DNA of 64,000 nt. Origin: Lytechinus pictus. Its lineage: Eukaryota. The notes beneath the pieces are model-generated. The model saw only the letters and a list, made by a program, of their open reading frames with translations, did not search any database and was not told where the DNA came from. This document shows positions 63,256 through 64,000 of the stretch, piece after piece (within the stretch, counting starts at the first letter, position 1; each line of letters begins with the position of its first letter). Position numbers and translations under genes: made by a program. The stretch lies in contig NC_087251.1 of NCBI RefSeq assembly GCF_037042905.1, forward strand, positions 42,968,001 to 43,032,000. Reading direction: 5' to 3'.

Positions 63256-64000
63256 CTTATGCTATAAATGAGATATCTCTATGTAGCTATGTCAGATTTC
63301 ATAATCAAAATTTGTTTATTGCCGATTTGTAATTCAAACATAGTTCTTTGGTCCCACAATATTTGATCGAGGCAGATTCATCTAAAAAAAAAAAATCACT
63401 TTGATAATGTACTGGTATCTAAAAAAAAAAGTTTCTTTATGCAATCACATTATACGTTTAGAATGTAATTTCATGGACTATAAATGAGTGAATCATTGAT
63501 TGTTCTTGTGACAAGAATGTGTAATATTTATCACTAAAAACTGCCAAGTGTTCCTATTAAGTAGGAAAATTATCCGTTTAATCAGTGGCTGCATGTTTCT
63601 ATTTTCTGCCAAAAAATTAGTACTAGTACTGAATAGAAATTCATGGAATTTTTCTTAATTTTTCTTGCTTTCAGGGTTGGCAGGTATGATGTATGTTATG
63701 ATTATTGGTTTTTCACCACCAATAGAATCATATTGAAACATGAATGTTGTAACTTAATGTTTGAATATATTCTGCAACACATGATTATATTTTTATATCA
63801 TCTATATTTTTATATATGCTACAATAGATGTATGATTGATTTAATACGGTGCAATGAAATGAGTGACATTTAAAAAAATAAAATCCATTATTAAATTCAA
63901 TATGAATTAGTGTTTGTGGTTATTGATAAACACATGTGTTTGGTTGATAATTTTTGCAAAAAGTTCAAGAGATTTTCAATATTTGTCCTATTCTAAACTT

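Overview
AT-rich, intron- and transposon-rich animal genomic DNA. The repeat repertoire resembles an echinoderm such as a sea urchin; this is inference and was not verified. It is not prokaryotic and has no CRISPR array or operons. Three spliced protein-coding genes lie on the + strand: the 3' end of a Salvador/SAV1 Hippo-pathway scaffold (SARAH exon plus a Gln-rich last exon ending ETRI), and two tandem 7-coding-exon mARC/MOSC molybdoenzyme paralogs (329 and 331 aa) with identical intron positions. Much of the rest is mobile DNA: two decayed CR1-group LINEs, tRNA-derived SINEs, many MITEs (TTAA/Kolobok-T2-like, hAT-like with 8-bp TSDs, others with 5-7-bp TSDs, fold-back types) and two Helentron/DINE-1-like tandem-repeat elements. 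Highlights: (1) the first coding exon is almost identical between otherwise diverged mARC paralogs; (2) paralog 2 carries substitutions at conserved active-site positions; (3) a 110-bp satellite with higher-order structure lies wholly inside a TSD-bounded hAT-like element; (4) a ~1-kb (TAG)n tract abuts a splice acceptor; (5) several multi-level nested transposon stacks. I cannot demonstrate a wholly new biological system from this sequence alone.
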